Of a DNA stretch of 64,000 nt, positions 1 to 15,794 are shown one piece after another. Below the pieces are notes generated by a model, which saw nothing but the letters and a program-made list of their open reading frames with translations, ran no database searches and was not told where the DNA came from. Numbering within the stretch: position 1 is the first letter of the stretch; each line of letters opens with the position of its first letter. The position numbers were made by a program, and so were the translations under genes. The DNA comes from Eledone cirrhosa. Its lineage: Eukaryota. The stretch is from positions 340,008,001 through 340,072,000 of the forward strand of contig OZ024742.1 in NCBI GenBank assembly GCA_964016885.1. Reading direction: 5' to 3'.

Positions 1-240
1 GAGCCGTAACTCTATGCCGCTCTGCATGTTGTCTGAAGTTCTATCGATTCTGCTTACATCTAAATAATAATGAGAAAGTTCGTTATTAAATCACTCTATA
101 GACTTGATTTCTTCCAAAATTATTTCAACATCATAGGCAGTTACAATACTTATTTTTGTATATAAAATTCTCCATCTTGATTATAAATAAGGATATTTAT
201 TAAGTTATGCCCCAAACAGAAGCTCATAATGAGAAACTTA

Positions 241-637
241 CTGTTGGGTCCCAAATAACAGGGGTGGGGTGGGGGATAGCGGTGAGTGGGTGGAAAATTT
301 GTAATTTTTCTAGGTTGTCTCCGTTGATTTAAAAAAAACAGAATTAGTCTTTTAGTTTACATACTAAGGCCCTCAACCCACCCTATTTATTTTATAACTG
401 ATGGGATTTCTAGTAATGTTCTTTTTTTTGTCATGTATAATGTTTTTTAATGTCTAGAAAATTAATTGTCGCAGGAATGCTACCACTTAAAATAAAATTT
501 CGCCAGAGATAGATTAGCAAAATTTAATAAGCTTGGGAGACGGGGAGGGTTGAAATAAGAGCGAAGTGTGTGTGGAAACATTGGAAAAATTAATAAGTAT
601 GGTGGTGGGGCGAGGTCGGTTATTCGAGACCCGAGTG
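241..637 (+). mobile_element. Tc1/mariner-type MITE, copy 1 of 3
   Basis: Imperfect TIRs CTGTTGGGTCCCAAATAAC ... GTTATTCGAGACCCGAGTG; body matches 4582-4952 and (inverted) 20254-20663; TA on left flank. Confidence 0.75.
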
Positions 638-722
638 TTGTATATTACGAAATACCTCGAAATTCTTGAATATTTAGAGAATTATTAGAATAATATAAGG
701 CAGAGACTTTTATAAAACATAT

Positions 723-797
723 AATTGTTTCTACTTTTGGCACAAGGCCAGCAATTATCACAGTGTATTACTGGTACTTTATTTTATCGACCCTGTA
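723..797 (-). mobile_element. 3' fragment of octopus-type tRNA-derived SINE (OR2-like)
   Basis: TTTCTACTTTTGGCACAAGGCCAGC...TGGTACTTTATTTTATCGACCC, same as many other copies in the window. Confidence 0.8.
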
Positions 798-1356
798 TAA
801 GACATATAATAGTGATTGGTTTAATAATCGAAGGAACATAGAAGTTGTATTTGATGAGATTATACTTTATTTTAAAAGCAGTGGTTTTAAAGTGTGCTGC
901 TGTTGTAGGTGTTGTTGTTGTTGTTGTTGTTGTAGGTGTTGTTGTTGTTGTTGCTGCTGTTGTTGTAGGTGTTGCTGTTGTTGTTGTTGTTGTTGTTATT
1001 GCTGCAGTTGCTGCTGTTGCTACGGCTGCATGTGGTATAAATTGTGATACATATAAATTAGTTGATAGCTCGATCAATATTTAACCAATTAAGAAGCTGT
1101 GCAGTCGGCATAACAACAGATACATGCTTATAGCTTTGAAGTTAGTCACCACTCCAATATTTAGCTTCTCAGTTATTTCCACATCAAATGTTCAAATCCC
1201 GTTTATGTTAACTTCACATTTCAGCAATCTGGGGGTATTGTTAATACACATCTGTCATACATATGTAGAAATATTTATATAAACGCGAGCACACTCACAA
1301 ACATACACACATATATGTATTTATATATGTATATATGTATATATTATGTATAAATA

Positions 1357-1707
<351 letters not shown>

Positions 1708-1896
1708 TATGTAATGTGTATATGTAATATATATAATAAATATATGTAATGTTTATATATATATGGACACGCACACACACATATATATATATATATGTGT
1801 GTGTATGTGTGTGTGCTTGTGTGTGTTTGTGTGTGTGTCCATATATTTATATAAACATTACAAGCCATAGCTTCGATTTTACTAAGCTTCCACTTG

Positions 1897-1972
<76 letters not shown>

Positions 1973-2681
1973 GATTAAACCACTATTACACTAGTTACAC
2001 GATTATTCAACAGAGTACTCGATACTTGGGACAGTTGAGTGTGACTGGAACTAGTGTTCGAAACGACAAGAGCTCAGCCGTCGGGCTCCAACTCTTTCGA
2101 ATACACACACACACACACACACACTTATATACATATATTTGCCTATACATAGACACACAGATAGAGATATACAAGCAGACAGATACATGAAACAGATATT
2201 CAACTATGTGGCATTGATTTCTATAGTCAATGCAATACACTTATCTCATAAACGTCTCAGTCCACCTAGCTGTAAATATAAACCATTCATTAATAAAGCC
2301 TTATCACTAAAAGCAATAGGCTATATTATATAATTATGATGCCCCAGTCCACCAAACTGTAAATGTGGACCATTTATTAATAACGCCTTGCCTCTCTAAG
2401 CAACATGTACTATATAATTATTTCGGTTCAGCCCACATAGGTGTAAACATATATATATATATATACCATTAGCTTATAATGCCTTACTGCTGTAAGCAAG
2501 AGGCAACCAGATCTAATATATAATTATGATGAGTTTTATTATTGGCTGATAATGTTGTACTCAAATGGGTAGATCTTATAGAAGAATAAACTCACTTAGG
2601 CTTTGGTCGATCAAGGAGATAATCTTCCTCCACTTCCAGGAAATCTATGTAAAGCAGCATATATATATTTATATATATCTA

Positions 2682-2755
<74 letters not shown>

Positions 2756-2756
2756 T

Positions 2757-2830
<74 letters not shown>

Positions 2831-2956
2831 GCCCCGGCATGGCCTCAGCCGGATGGCTGAAACAGGTAAAAGAGTAAAATCCCACTCTCAAGAGCGTGAA
2901 ATTAATAAACCTTTGTTCGTACTGCCTCTCTGTTTTGTTCCCGTTCAATTTTTCAC

Positions 2957-3092
<136 letters not shown>

Positions 3093-3439
3093 TGTGTGCG
3101 TGTTTTTGTGTGTATGCATGTTTTGCCATGCCATGAGTCTTTAACTTCTTACGAAATGGTAGGTGTATCGTTATCACGTACTGAGTCTTATCCACTTAAA
3201 CCTACCAAAGCACACCATCGACCATAATTACATCCACCCACCACACAAGCACACAAAAACACACTCACACAGAGACGAACGCACTCAGACACACACTCAC
3301 ACAGTCATTTATTCACACAGACACAAACACATACCAACACAGACACACAAATATATTAAGTTTAGTTCCAGTCAAACAGTTAATATAAACACTTAGATTT
3401 CACATGTGCCATTTATTGATTTTTGTATAGGTATTTATA

Positions 3440-3625
3440 CATGGGCCCCGGGTTCAATCGGGGGTAACCACGGTTAGTAAAGTACTCAATATATTAGTAG
3501 AGAGTAAACAATAAGTTTTATATAGAAATGGCTTCTATAATGACAGTTGGCTTTCCTGATGATTTTTTTTCGAATGAAAACGTTTCAGCTCTGTAAAAGC
3601 CCCATTTCTATATTAAACGTGTTAT
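3440..3625. mobile_element. Family A HHR element, fold-back, with a decayed hammerhead at 3549-3602 (+)
   Basis: CTGATGA (3556-3562)...GAAT GAAA...CTGTA AAAGCC; left part is the reverse complement of the 3' part of 49451-49590. Confidence 0.6.
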
Positions 3626-3627
3626 AA

Positions 3628-3708
<81 letters not shown>

Positions 3709-3757
3709 TATATATATTTATACTCTGCTATGTATTGAGTACCTTACTTACTGTGGT

Positions 3758-3793
<36 letters not shown>

Positions 3794-3823
3794 AAAGAAT
3801 AGAGGTGTAACACACAAGTTATT

Positions 3824-4152
3824 ATATATTGGTAAACGGAATAGAAAATGCTGACAAATTGTTCACAGTTGAAAAATGGTTTAATTAGGAATAAAAGAGT
3901 ATTAGTGATTGTATGGGTTAGTATTCAGTTGTGGTTTTAAGTTTTTAAGTTTTTACCGGTTGCGCATTTCTAAATGCTTTTCAAAAATAATTTTGAGATA
4001 GAGTGTCCGTGCTGTTTGCTCTGATCCGGTAAAAACTTAAAAACTTAAAACCACAACTGAATACTAACCCATACAATCACTAATACTCTTTTATTCCTAA
4101 TTAAACCATTTTTCAACTGTGAACAAATTGTCAGCATTTTCTATTCCGTTTA

Positions 4153-4160
<8 letters not shown>
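3824..4160. repeat. ~135-bp-arm inverted repeat with ~65 bp spacer, in (TA)n
   Basis: ATATTGGTAAACGGAATAG...TTTTACCGG vs CCGGTAAAA...CTATTCCGTTTACCAATAT, near-perfect reverse complements. Confidence 0.9.
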
Positions 4161-4210
<50 letters not shown>

Positions 4211-4262
4211 ACCACAGTAAGTAAGGTACTCAATACATAGCAGAGTATAAATATTTATTATC

Positions 4263-4318
4263 GAAATGGGTTCTACAGGACTAGAATTGTTTCATTCGGG
4301 AGAAATCATCAGGAAGCC
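4263..4318 (-). ncRNA. Type I hammerhead ribozyme motif, family A
   Basis: Minus strand: GGCTTC CTGATGA TTTCTCCCGAAT GAAA CAATTCTAGTCCTG TA GAACCC; stems I and III each carry a mismatch. Confidence 0.7.
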
Positions 4319-4368
4319 TTGATGATTTCTCCCGAATGAAACGGTTCTGGTCCTGTAGAAGCCATTTC
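4319..4368 (+). ncRNA. Hammerhead motif, family A, 5'-truncated (TTGATGA) and divergently joined to the previous copy
   Basis: TTGATGA TTTCTCCCGAAT GAAA CGG TTCTGGTC CTG TA GAAGCC. Confidence 0.6.
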
Positions 4369-4389
4369 TATATTAAATACTGAATACTG

Positions 4390-4465
<76 letters not shown>

Positions 4466-4581
4466 TGTATCTGTATGTGTTGGTATGTATGTGTATGTCT
4501 CTGCGTGTATGATATGTGTTGTCTTTTTCGCAAAATTTAAACTGGTTCCTATCAATATGACACACTTTGTATCCATAAACA

Positions 4582-4952
4582 CTCTCGGGTCCCAAATAAT
4601 AGGGGTGGGGTGGAATAGGCGGTGGGGGCGGGGATGGAAAATTGGTAATGTTTCTAGGTTGTCTCCGTTGATTTAAAAAAACCCCAGAATTAGTCGTTTA
4701 GTTTACATATTGAGACCCCAACCCATCATAGTTATATTATAACATGGTATTTCTAGTAAAGTACTTTTTTGTCATGTAAAATGTTTTTTAATGTCTAAAT
4801 AAAATTAATTGTCGCAGGAATGCTACCACTTAAAATAAAGTTTCGCCGGTCATTGATTAGCAAAATTTAATAAAATAAGCGGGGTTGGTGTGGAAACGAC
4901 CTGAAAAATTCATAAGCGGGGGGGGGGGGTTATATTATTCGAGACCCGAGAG
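4582..4952 (+). mobile_element. Tc1/mariner-type MITE, copy 2
   Basis: TIRs CTCTCGGGTCCCAAATAAT ... ATTATTCGAGACCCGAGAG followed by TA. Confidence 0.8.
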
Positions 4953-5402
4953 TATGTGTGTGTATGTAGTGTATATATATATATATAAATATAAGTATGT
5001 ATACATATGTGTATGTATAGATATCTGCATGCGCGTCTTCTGTCTGTAGCTAGCAATATATGCATTTTCTGTTTTTCTTCTGCTAGTTTCGGTCAACATG
5101 CTGCGGTCATACTGGGGCACTCCCTTCATATCGACTTCAGTTCTTACGTTTCTCAATTCTGATACTTATTTTATCAATCTCCTTTTTGTCTCACCGCAAA
5201 GTCGCATGGCATAAACACACACGCAAACTGACGCATTCGCTCACACAACTATACACATGCATGCACACACACACATACACACACATATATATATATATTG
5301 AAAGCAAAGCGGAGTTTTCACATTAAGGTCTTTATTGATTATGCATATTTACGAATCTACTGAACCACCTATTATATATATATATAACGAAATATATATA
5401 TA

Positions 5403-5502
<100 letters not shown>

Positions 5503-5651
5503 TCGTCAAGATTTCTTATGTGAAAACGAGTGTTGAAACAGAAATTGTTATACTTTGGGAGGTCAATAAAAACACACGGACCTGTTGGTTTTCACTTCAA
5601 TGTATTATAAATTTCCGATTGGTTTGATAACCGGATGGTTGTTTATATATT

Positions 5652-5694
5652 GTCAAAGCACTTTCGTCACACATTCTGTGACCTCCTCAGTGAC
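5652..5694 (-). ncRNA. Minimal type I hammerhead motif, family C (within fold-back element ~5520-5792)
   Basis: Minus: GTCA CTGAGGA G GTCACA GAATG TGTGAC GAAA GTGC TT TGAC; stem I GTCA/TGAC, 6-bp stem II. Confidence 0.75.
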
Positions 5695-5881
5695 TTGGTT
5701 TTTAATTTGTGTCTCTCCTTTGTTCTGTCCTACACCTTCTTGTTTGATGCGTGTGTTTTTATTGGCAGCATGACCCTCCCAAGGTATAACAATATATATA
5801 TATATACACTCAATTATCCCAAGTATCGAGTACTCCGCTGATTTATGGTTTTTACCAGTTTAAACCGTTATAAACAATCAT

Positions 5882-6034
<153 letters not shown>

Positions 6035-6245
6035 CTGGTCGTTTTGGAAGCCTCAACAATGCAGATGGGTAAATCTCTAGGCAACAGAATCCGGTGGTAA
6101 TGAGAGAGATGTAAAAGGAAATGTAGAATGAGACGTATAGGGTGTAGAGGAATGTAGGAAAGAGTGTAAAAATAATAACCCGATATAGAGTTACAGTGGA
6201 AGTGATTTAATTGTCTCTATATTTCGGATTCATCAACTGGAGGTT
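6035..6245. mobile_element. Interspersed (TA)n-embedded element, homologous (inverted) to ~30590-30805
   Basis: GGTCGTTTTGGAAGCCTCAACAATGCAGATGGGTAA shared with reverse complement of 30768-30804. Confidence 0.65.
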
Positions 6246-6739
6246 TATATATATATATATATATACGACTTGCTTCTGCTCTTTACGTCTCCTAAATTCC
6301 CCTCATCAACCATCAATTCAATGTCAAACCAAGGCTACAGGAGACATTTGTTCAAAGTGACAGAACCTCGTGTTAGCTTAGCTAACTCACTAACCACACA
6401 GCCACACAGCCACACTTGTATATGTGTATTGTGTATATAAAGATATACATAATCTCCTACACTATGTCCTACACAATCTACATACATTCATATTTACACA
6501 TAAATTCACACAAACCTTATGTATATGTGATATAAATTATGTTAATATGCTACGGATGTAGGATACACGGCTGGTTGATTTGACACGAGAGAATGTGTTT
6601 TGGTGACTTTTACTGGTAATATTCCTCTCAAACATGGCGTCTTTATCATGTCGTTAACCTTTATCAAATTATTTTAGTTGTATCTTTTATCACTCTTCCT
6701 TTAATTCGAATTCTTACCAAGTCTTCGAACGGGCGATGG

Positions 6740-7655
6740 GTAGGTGGTGGCGGTGGTGGCGGTGGTGGTAATGGTAGTGTTGGTAGTGGTAGTGGTGGTG
6801 GTAGTAGTGGTGGTGATGGTAGTGGTGGTGGTAGTGGTGGTGGTGGTGGTGGTGGTGGTGATAATGGTGGTGTTGGTAATGGTAGTGTTGGTAGTGGTGG
6901 TGGTGAGGTGGCGGTGCTGGTGGTAGTGGTGATAATGGTGGTGGTGATGGTAGTGTTGGTAGTGATGGTGGTGGTGGTGGTAATGGTAGTGTTGGTAGTG
7001 GTGGTGGGGTGGTGGTGGTAGTAGTGATGGTGGTGGTGGTGGTGGTGGTGGTGGTAATGGTAGTGTTGGTAGTGGTGGTGGTGGTGGTGGTGGTAATGGT
7101 AGTGGTGGTAGTGGTGGTAATGGTAGTGTTGGTAGTGGTGGTGGTGGTGGTGGTGGTAGTAGTGATGGTGGTGGTGGTGGTGGTGGTGGTAATGGTAGTG
7201 TTGGTAGTGGTAGTGGTGGTGGTGGTGGTGATAATGGTGGTGTTGGTAATAGTAGTGTTGGTAGTGGTGGTGGTGAGGTGGCGGTGCTGGTGGTAGTGGT
7301 GATAATGGTGGTGGTAATGGTAGTGTTGGTAGTGATGGTGGTGGTGGTAATGGTAGTGTTGGTAGCGGTGGTGGGGTTGTGGTGGTAGTAGTGATGGTGG
7401 TGGTGGTGGTGGTGGTGGTGGTAATGGTAGTGTTGGTAGTGGTGGTGGTGGTGGTGGTGGTGGTGGTGGTAATGGTAGTATTGGTAGTGATGGTAATGGT
7501 AGTGTTGGTAGTGGTGGTGGTGGTGGTGGTGGTGGTGGTAGTAGTGGTGGTGGTGGTGGTGGTGGTAATGGTAGTGTTTGTAGTGGAGGTGGTGGTGGTG
7601 GTGGATGTGGTGGTGGCGGTTGTGGTGAGAATGGTGTTATTTTCATTGTTGGTAA

Positions 7656-7712
<57 letters not shown>

Positions 7713-7737
7713 TAGTAGTGGTGGTAGTAGTAGTGGT
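6740..7737. repeat. (GGT/GTA)n-derived low-complexity array
   Basis: Recurrent GGTAATGGTAGTGTTGGTAGT units separated by (GGT)n. Confidence 0.9.
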
Positions 7738-7799
7738 ATTCCTGCAGCTGCTATTTTTTGCTGGTGATAGTGGTAATGGAGTTCATCAGGATAATGGTA

Positions 7800-9058
7800 G
7801 TGTTGTTTGTAGTGGTTGTGGTGGTTGTGGTGGTTGTGGTGGTTGTGGTGGTTGTGGTGGTTGTGGTTGTGGTAGTTGTGGTGGTTGTGGTGTTTGTGGT
7901 GGTTGTGGTGTTTGTGGTGGTTGTGGTGGTTGTGGTGGTTGTGGTGTTTGTGGTGGTTGTAGTGCTTGTGGTGGTTGTGGTGTTTGTGGTGTTTGTGGTG
8001 GTTGTGGTGATTGTGGTGGTTGTGGTGTTTTTGCTGGTTGTGGTGTTTGTAGTGGTCGTGGTGTTTGTAGTGGCTGTGGTGTTTGTAGTAGTTGTGGTAT
8101 TTGTAGTGGTTGTGGTGTTTGTGGTGGTTGTGGTATTTGTAGTGGTCGTGGTGTTTGTAGTGGCTGTGGTGTTTGTAGTAGTTGTGGTGTTTGTGGTGTT
8201 TGTGGTGGTTGTGGTGGTTGTGGTGTTTGTGGTGTTTGTGGTGTTTGTGGTGTTTGTGCTGGTTGTGCTGGTTGTGGTGTTTGTGGTGTTTGTGCTGGTT
8301 GTGTTGTTTGTAGTGGCTGTGGTGTTTGTGGTGTTTGTGGTGTTTGTGCTGGTTGTGGTGTTTGTAGTATATGTGGTGTTTGTGGTGTTTGTGGTGTTTG
8401 TGGTGTTTGTGTTGGTTGTGGTGTTTGTGCTGGTTGTGGTGGTTGTGCTGGTTGTGGTGGTTGTGCTGGTTGTGGTGTTTGTAGTGGCTGTGGTGTTTGT
8501 GCTGGTTGTGGTGTTTGTAGTGGCTGTGGTGTTTGTGGTGTTTGTGTTGGTTGTGGTGTTTGTGCTGGTTGTGGTGTTTGTGCTAGTTGTGGTGTTTGTA
8601 GTGGCTGTGGTGTTTGTGCTGGTTGTGGTGTTTGTGGTGTTTGTGCTGGTTGTGGTGTTTGTAGTGGCTGTGGTGTTTGTAGTGGTTGTGGTGGTTGTGC
8701 TGGTTGTGGTGTTTGTGGTGTTTGTGGTGTTTGTGGTGTTTGTAGTGGCTGTGGTGTTTGTGCTGGTTGTGGTGTTTGTGTTGGTTGTGGTGTTTGTGGT
8801 GTTTGTGGTGTTTGTGCTGGTTGTGGTGTTTGTGTTGGTTGTGGTGTTTGTGGTGTTTGTGGTGTTTGTGCTGGTTGTGGTGTTTGTAGTAGCTGCGGTG
8901 TTTGTGCTGGTTGTGGTGTTTGTGTTGGTTGTTGTGTTTGTAGTGGTTGTGGTGTTTGTGCTGGTTGTGGTGTTTGTGCTGGTTGTGGTGTTTGTAGTGG
9001 CTGTGGTGTTTGTAGTGGCTGTGGTGTTTGTGGTGGTAGTGGTGTTTGTGGTGGTAGT
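7800..9058. repeat. 9-bp-unit minisatellite (TGTGGTGTT / TGTGCTGGT / TGTAGTGGC variants)
   Basis: Continuous 9-bp periodicity; gives spurious Cys-Gly-Val ORF. Confidence 0.9.
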
Positions 9059-10094
9059 GCTGATGATACTGCATTTGGTGTTCAGTTGTAATGATAGTAA
9101 AGTAGGTATATCGTTGTTACAGCTATAACATGTTTAGCTAACCTCCTACGTGGTGCCCTCTCTTAACCCTACATTGTCCGACATAGTTATATATGCTGTG
9201 ACTAGCCTCATTCTCTCTGGCCATTTTTGTCACTTTCAGCCACTTTTGGCAACTTTACTGGAAGAGGGAACTTCCTCTCTTCGCTTGCCTGTTTTTCCAA
9301 ATGAAAACAACAGCAACAGCAACAAGAAATACAATAACAACAACGATTTTCAATTTCGGCTCAAGGTTAATAGTTTGAGGGGAGGGGAAAGTTGATTACA
9401 TCCCTCCCAGTGCAGTATATAATCTGTTTTATTTTATGGACTCTGCAAAGGATGAGAGGCAAAGCTGACCTCGGCGGGATTTGAACTCAGAACATAGAGA
9501 GCTGGAATATATACAGCAACTCATTTTATATGACGTTCTAGCAGGAGAAGAAGAAGAAGAAGAAGAAGAAGAAGAAATGCCGGGAGGATGGGGCAATAAA
9601 TGAACATTGGCAAGGCACACAAGCACAACAAAAGTTATGTTTTAAGCGGAAATCACTTAAAAGAGTTTGACGGAGACGGTATTGTGGGAGAGTCAGCGGA
9701 AATAGTTAACATGGCGTATAGCAAGTGAATACATAGACAAGTGCTGGTTCTATGTGTTTATATGAGGAAACGAAGAGAGCAGGGGAAGGGAGTGAGTAAA
9801 AAAGAAGGGAACAAGGGGGAGATGGAAGAAGGGAAGGATTGAGTGAAGGGAGAAGAGGAAGGGAAGGCGAAGTGAAAAGGAGTCCCTAAATTTCTGTACA
9901 CTACAGCGAGCCTTTTGAAATGGGCTTATGTATTAGATATTGTATAGACCGGCTATAAAGGAAAATTGTTATGTAGAGAGGCGGGACTAATACACTTGAA
10001 CATAAATGGATGGATATATGTGTGTGTATGTGTGAAGATAAATGAATATATATATATATATATATACATACATTCATACATATATACATATCTA

Positions 10095-10209
<115 letters not shown>

Positions 10210-10293
10210 AAGAGAAATGAATAAATATATATGTGAAAAATAGACGTCAACTGTGATGATGATGACATACATATATTTACACATAAATGTATG

Positions 10294-10356
<63 letters not shown>

Positions 10357-10869
10357 TTTGTATGCTCTATACTTTTATATATTTAAAAAACCCAGATAAG
10401 GATGCGAATTAATCAAGCGTGTATATATATAGGAAGTAATAATACAAGCATATAATAAAACTGGTAAATGCGTAAAAGAAATAAAAATAGTTACTTATAC
10501 CTTATTATCCACCTCCACAGGGCCGGCGCTACCATTAAGCCAACTAGGGACCCGTCAAGAGGGATATTATTGAACCTTAAAGGCTAATAGTTTTATATAA
10601 GTTCGTATAATTAATATTAATATATATTTATTTCCGGTGATCACTAAAGAAATCACCAAATATCTTTGATCCGTGGCAACGTTGTGGAAATATGGAAAGC
10701 AGCGAAGAGCGACGGTCTCATGATCAGTCACAGAAGATGCAGGTGTGGGTGAGTGTGGACTGTATGGAAGATAAGCCAAGTTTAGTAATTTTGCTTTAGT
10801 GTAGTCAGAAGAAAACTAGTTATTGGCCTTGTCAAGTATCCTCTACTTCCAACTACATTACCCTTCACC

Positions 10870-11125
10870 TCAGGCCCCCGGCCGACAAACGAGGGAGACG
10901 TGCTGGAACAGCCACATTGCCTCGCGGGGATCACACCTGCCGGCGACCAACTCCGCTCCGATAGTGGTGAGTAGGGATGTGGTCCTGGGGCCAATAACAG
11001 CGGAAGTCTCTACTGCTACAGGCTCTACCACAAATCTATCTGAGAGCGGCCTATACTTGGACAGTTCGCCTTCTTTGGCTTGGTGGGCAGCAGAATCTAG
11101 GCAGGCAGCCGAACGCACCACCACC
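10870..11125 (-). mobile_element. CRE-clade non-LTR retrotransposon 3' fragment (region after the restriction-like endonuclease core)
   Basis: Translation KYRPLSDRFVVEPVAVETSAVIGP...IGAEL...CDPREAMWLFQHVSL matches the KY..L...F.P.AVET.G..G...DPRE..WLFQR.S pattern. Confidence 0.7.
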
Positions 11126-11737
11126 AGGTTGTCACTTAAGTATGTTTCACAAAAGTTCGTAAGCTTGCCAAACTAATTATAGTATTTGTGAAAATCGAGC
11201 ACATAACTAGAAGAAGGGTCGTGTACATCATGGGTAGCCTAGAACGCTAAATACCCAGTAATTAACTGTTAGTTATTTAATCGAATTCGGATCGATGAAG
11301 GATGAAGTTTACCACAGCGAGGTTGAACTCAGAAATAACGAAAAAGATTTTCCCGAGACGCTAATGATTCTGCTAATCCATCACTCTCAGATATTTGACA
11401 ATTAATGATTTCCGATTTAGGATCAAGAACAGGTTTGGGGAGGGGAAAGTCTATTATATGGACTCCAATGCATTACTGGTACTTTATTTTATCGACACCG
11501 TAGAATGAAAGGCAAAATTAATCTCGCCGGGATCAGAACGTAAATGACTATAACTATATTCTCCAAAGCATCTTGTCCGACGCTCTACTATTTACTGCCA
11601 ATACACGGTCCTAGTTACTTGACTAATAATAATGCAGCAGATGGTATGTTTACATTGGAACAACCTTCATCCTCTCGCACTGTAACAATACGTTCCAGCA
11701 CACCATTTACATGAATGATCTTATGAAAGAAATAAAA

Positions 11738-11779
<42 letters not shown>

Positions 11780-12226
11780 GTGTGTGTGTGTGGAAGCGTG
11801 CGTGTGTGTATGTGAGTGTGTATCTCTGTGTGAAAGCGTGCGTGTGTGTATGTGAGTGTGTGTCTCTCTGTCTGAGTGTGTGAAAGCGTGCGTGTGTGTA
11901 TGTGAGTATGTGTCTCTGTGTGTATGTGTGTGTATGTGAAAGCGTGCGTGTGTGTATGTGAGTGTGTGTGTCTCTGTGTGAGTGTGTGTGTGTATTAAGT
12001 TTGAATTGATAATTGTAACTCTGATAAAAGCAATTCCTTCCGTTTACCATGGAGTGTTGATTACGCAATTCCGGATTTATCGACCCATGTTGTGTTTCAG
12101 CAGCAATAACAGCAGTAACTTCCTTGTCTCTCTCTCTCTATCTACGTCTATTTAGCTATCTTTATGTACACACACACACTCACACACACACACTACATAC
12201 TCACACACACACGTAGATATACATAC

Positions 12227-12405
<179 letters not shown>

Positions 12406-12500
12406 CATATATATACAACAATAAATGGCAGTAGAGAAATATCTAACGAAACCTTTATATTTGAATCTGAAGTAACACATGACTGTTTGCATATCTATAT

Positions 12501-12572
<72 letters not shown>

Positions 12573-12750
12573 GTGTGTGTGTGTGTGTTTGTATGCGAGT
12601 AATTTACACGCAATTGCTGTTTCTATTATTCCGCTAAAGCGATATTTCGAAGATGACATTGGGCATCAAAATTATCTATCTCCTCTTTTCTTCTTCCATG
12701 TTATGTAAGGATGTATCTTCACATCTACGTAAACCTCTGTACACCGTGCG

Positions 12751-12829
<79 letters not shown>

Positions 12830-13838
12830 TTGTATATATATTAAAGATCATAGTAAGGGGGTTTAACTGACCTTCTGTATTACGCTACGACCATTGAATA
12901 TTGCAAAGCAGTTCCGAAATTTTCGCAAATTGAACACAACAGCTAATCGATCATATTCTTAAGGGATTTTCCCCCTCACTTACATTATCAAGGTTATAAA
13001 TATTAATAATTCTTCACTTCTACTATAAGAGCTGTTGTGACCCCTAGTGAATTCCTTTTACGGGAGATCTCCTGCAAGACAATGTAAAAGCAAAGGGGTC
13101 TTTCTTGACAAGACAATGCGTGCATTTATTAATTCTAATATTTCGAGCACATTTGCTCTTTATCGTTTTGATCTTTTGATCTTTCTCTATGGCTGTTTAG
13201 GATGAACATTTATCCAACCATTTGACAATCGCTTCAACCGTTTTGTTCATTCTGGTCAGTTGGCGGAAACGGTGTTAGATCGGTGGGGCTTCAATGACAA
13301 TAATACATGGAGATTGGCCCCGCTATTACTGCTACTACTGCTGCTACTGTAATGGCTAACGTGGCTGCTTCTGCTGCTGTCGTTGCTGCAGCGTTGAAAT
13401 CTCATTTAGGGTCAAAATATTTTGTTATTGTTGTGCGTTTGTGTATGTATGTGCAGGTTAATAAAGTATTTATTGTTGTTAGTGTTGTTTGTTTGTTTGT
13501 TTGTTTGTGTGTCGGGGGTGGTGGTGATGGTTTTATTATGAATGTATGTGTAAAGTCATGTAGTTAATAGCCACAGGAATTTGAGTCCCACCTCGGAGTA
13601 ATGATGCTGGAGACACTCCCGTGGCGTTGTAGGTTCGACTCCTGAAACGATGAAATGCAAAGTTGAAGTTGTTGGGATTTCAACTCAGATTGCAGAAAGC
13701 TGGAACGAACAGTTTTGTTTAACGCTCTAACGACTCTGACAATTCGTCCCTATACAATACACTCACACACACACACTCATTCATACACACACATACACAC
13801 ACACACACGCACAAACACACACACACACAGACACACAG

Positions 13839-13936
<98 letters not shown>

Positions 13937-15154
13937 ACATGCACACATGCACACATGCACACACACACACAGACAGACGCACACATACACACACACACAC
14001 AGGCACACACACACACACACACACACAGACATACATACACACACACACACACATGGAATGCACCTTCATCGATTTCGGCGATGAGTATTACAGTTGTTTG
14101 ATCTACGGAATTTCCCTGTCGTGGAATTAACATACAACTGGGTAGGCATTCTACAGACCCCTATTTCCCAAACAGATTCATTGTGATACAGCATCTTACA
14201 AAGCCGGACCTTTAAATCGCAGGTACAACTCAGTTTACCTGCTGAGGGGGGGGGGGGATTAACCCGAAATATAGTCTCATGCTTAAACACACAACCTACA
14301 CCAAGAATCGAACTCACGACTTCACCATCGTGAACCGAACAACTTTACCACAAAACTACGCACTTCACACACACACACATGCACATATATACATATACAC
14401 ACATATGCACATGCGCACAGATACATATGCGCACACATATACACATGCACACATATACACACGCACACATATACACACGCGCACATACACACGCACACAC
14501 ATTGATTACCTGGAATCTAAGTTCTTAGAAGACGAGCATTGAACTTGTAAACAAATTTATAAATAAATAAATATATTTAGATTCAAATACTTTGGAATAG
14601 AATGGACCTCCGTCAGTTTTGACGATGAGTGTTCCAGCTGTTCGGTCAATGGGATGCCTCCTCATGAAATTAAAAGTGGCTGAGTATTCCACATAATGAT
14701 TACTCGTTGAATTACAGGTACACAATATTTGCACTATAGTTTAATTGGCTGTGTGGTCCACGTGTAACCTTAACGTGATTCTCAGGGAGACTCAGTTAAC
14801 CTGGATTTAAAAGTGCGGTCATCTCGATCAACTTCCAGGCAGTTTCCATCTGCCCCCATTTCACACCCCAGTCTATGACAGATGACACTCGACCCAGTTA
14901 TTATGTTGTGGGATTGAACCTGGGAAGTGAACATCTTAAGCAATCTGGCATGACTGCATCCTTAGCTACATATATCATATATCTATTCAGATATGATATG
15001 TACATTGAGTATTTTATTTAGGTCGTGAATACCTTAATTGTTACGCACAAGAGTGCTAATATCTTCTTTAAGCTCAGGTGAGGGATTTCTTGTGATTGGA
15101 AATTCTTTGACGGAAACTGTAGGAGCCAGTCGTATATAAATAAATAAATAAATG

Positions 15155-15458
<304 letters not shown>

Positions 15459-15667
15459 TATATATTTATATATATTGTGTGTATATTTTGAACAATGAAA
15501 ATAAAACAAAAGTTAAATTTAGGTTATTGAGAGCACTTCATTGATTTATGATTGTTTCAGAGGGCTGATTGATCATGGTAAATCAAATGATCGAACACAA
15601 GTAGTGTTTACGTCACAACGTATATTTAGTGCCGATATTCAAGATGATCTCTCAGAAACAAATAATC

Positions 15668-15736
<69 letters not shown>

Positions 15737-15794
15737 TATAAATGTAATGTAATGAACCCTTTATTCTTGCTCTTGTGTTGGCATGTAAACAGAA

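Noticed and set aside
7379-9091. 570-aa Cys/Gly-rich ORF resembling metallothionein or keratin-associated protein
   Set aside because: Produced by a 9-bp minisatellite; several frames are open, there is no ATG start, and it begins with a poly-Val repeat
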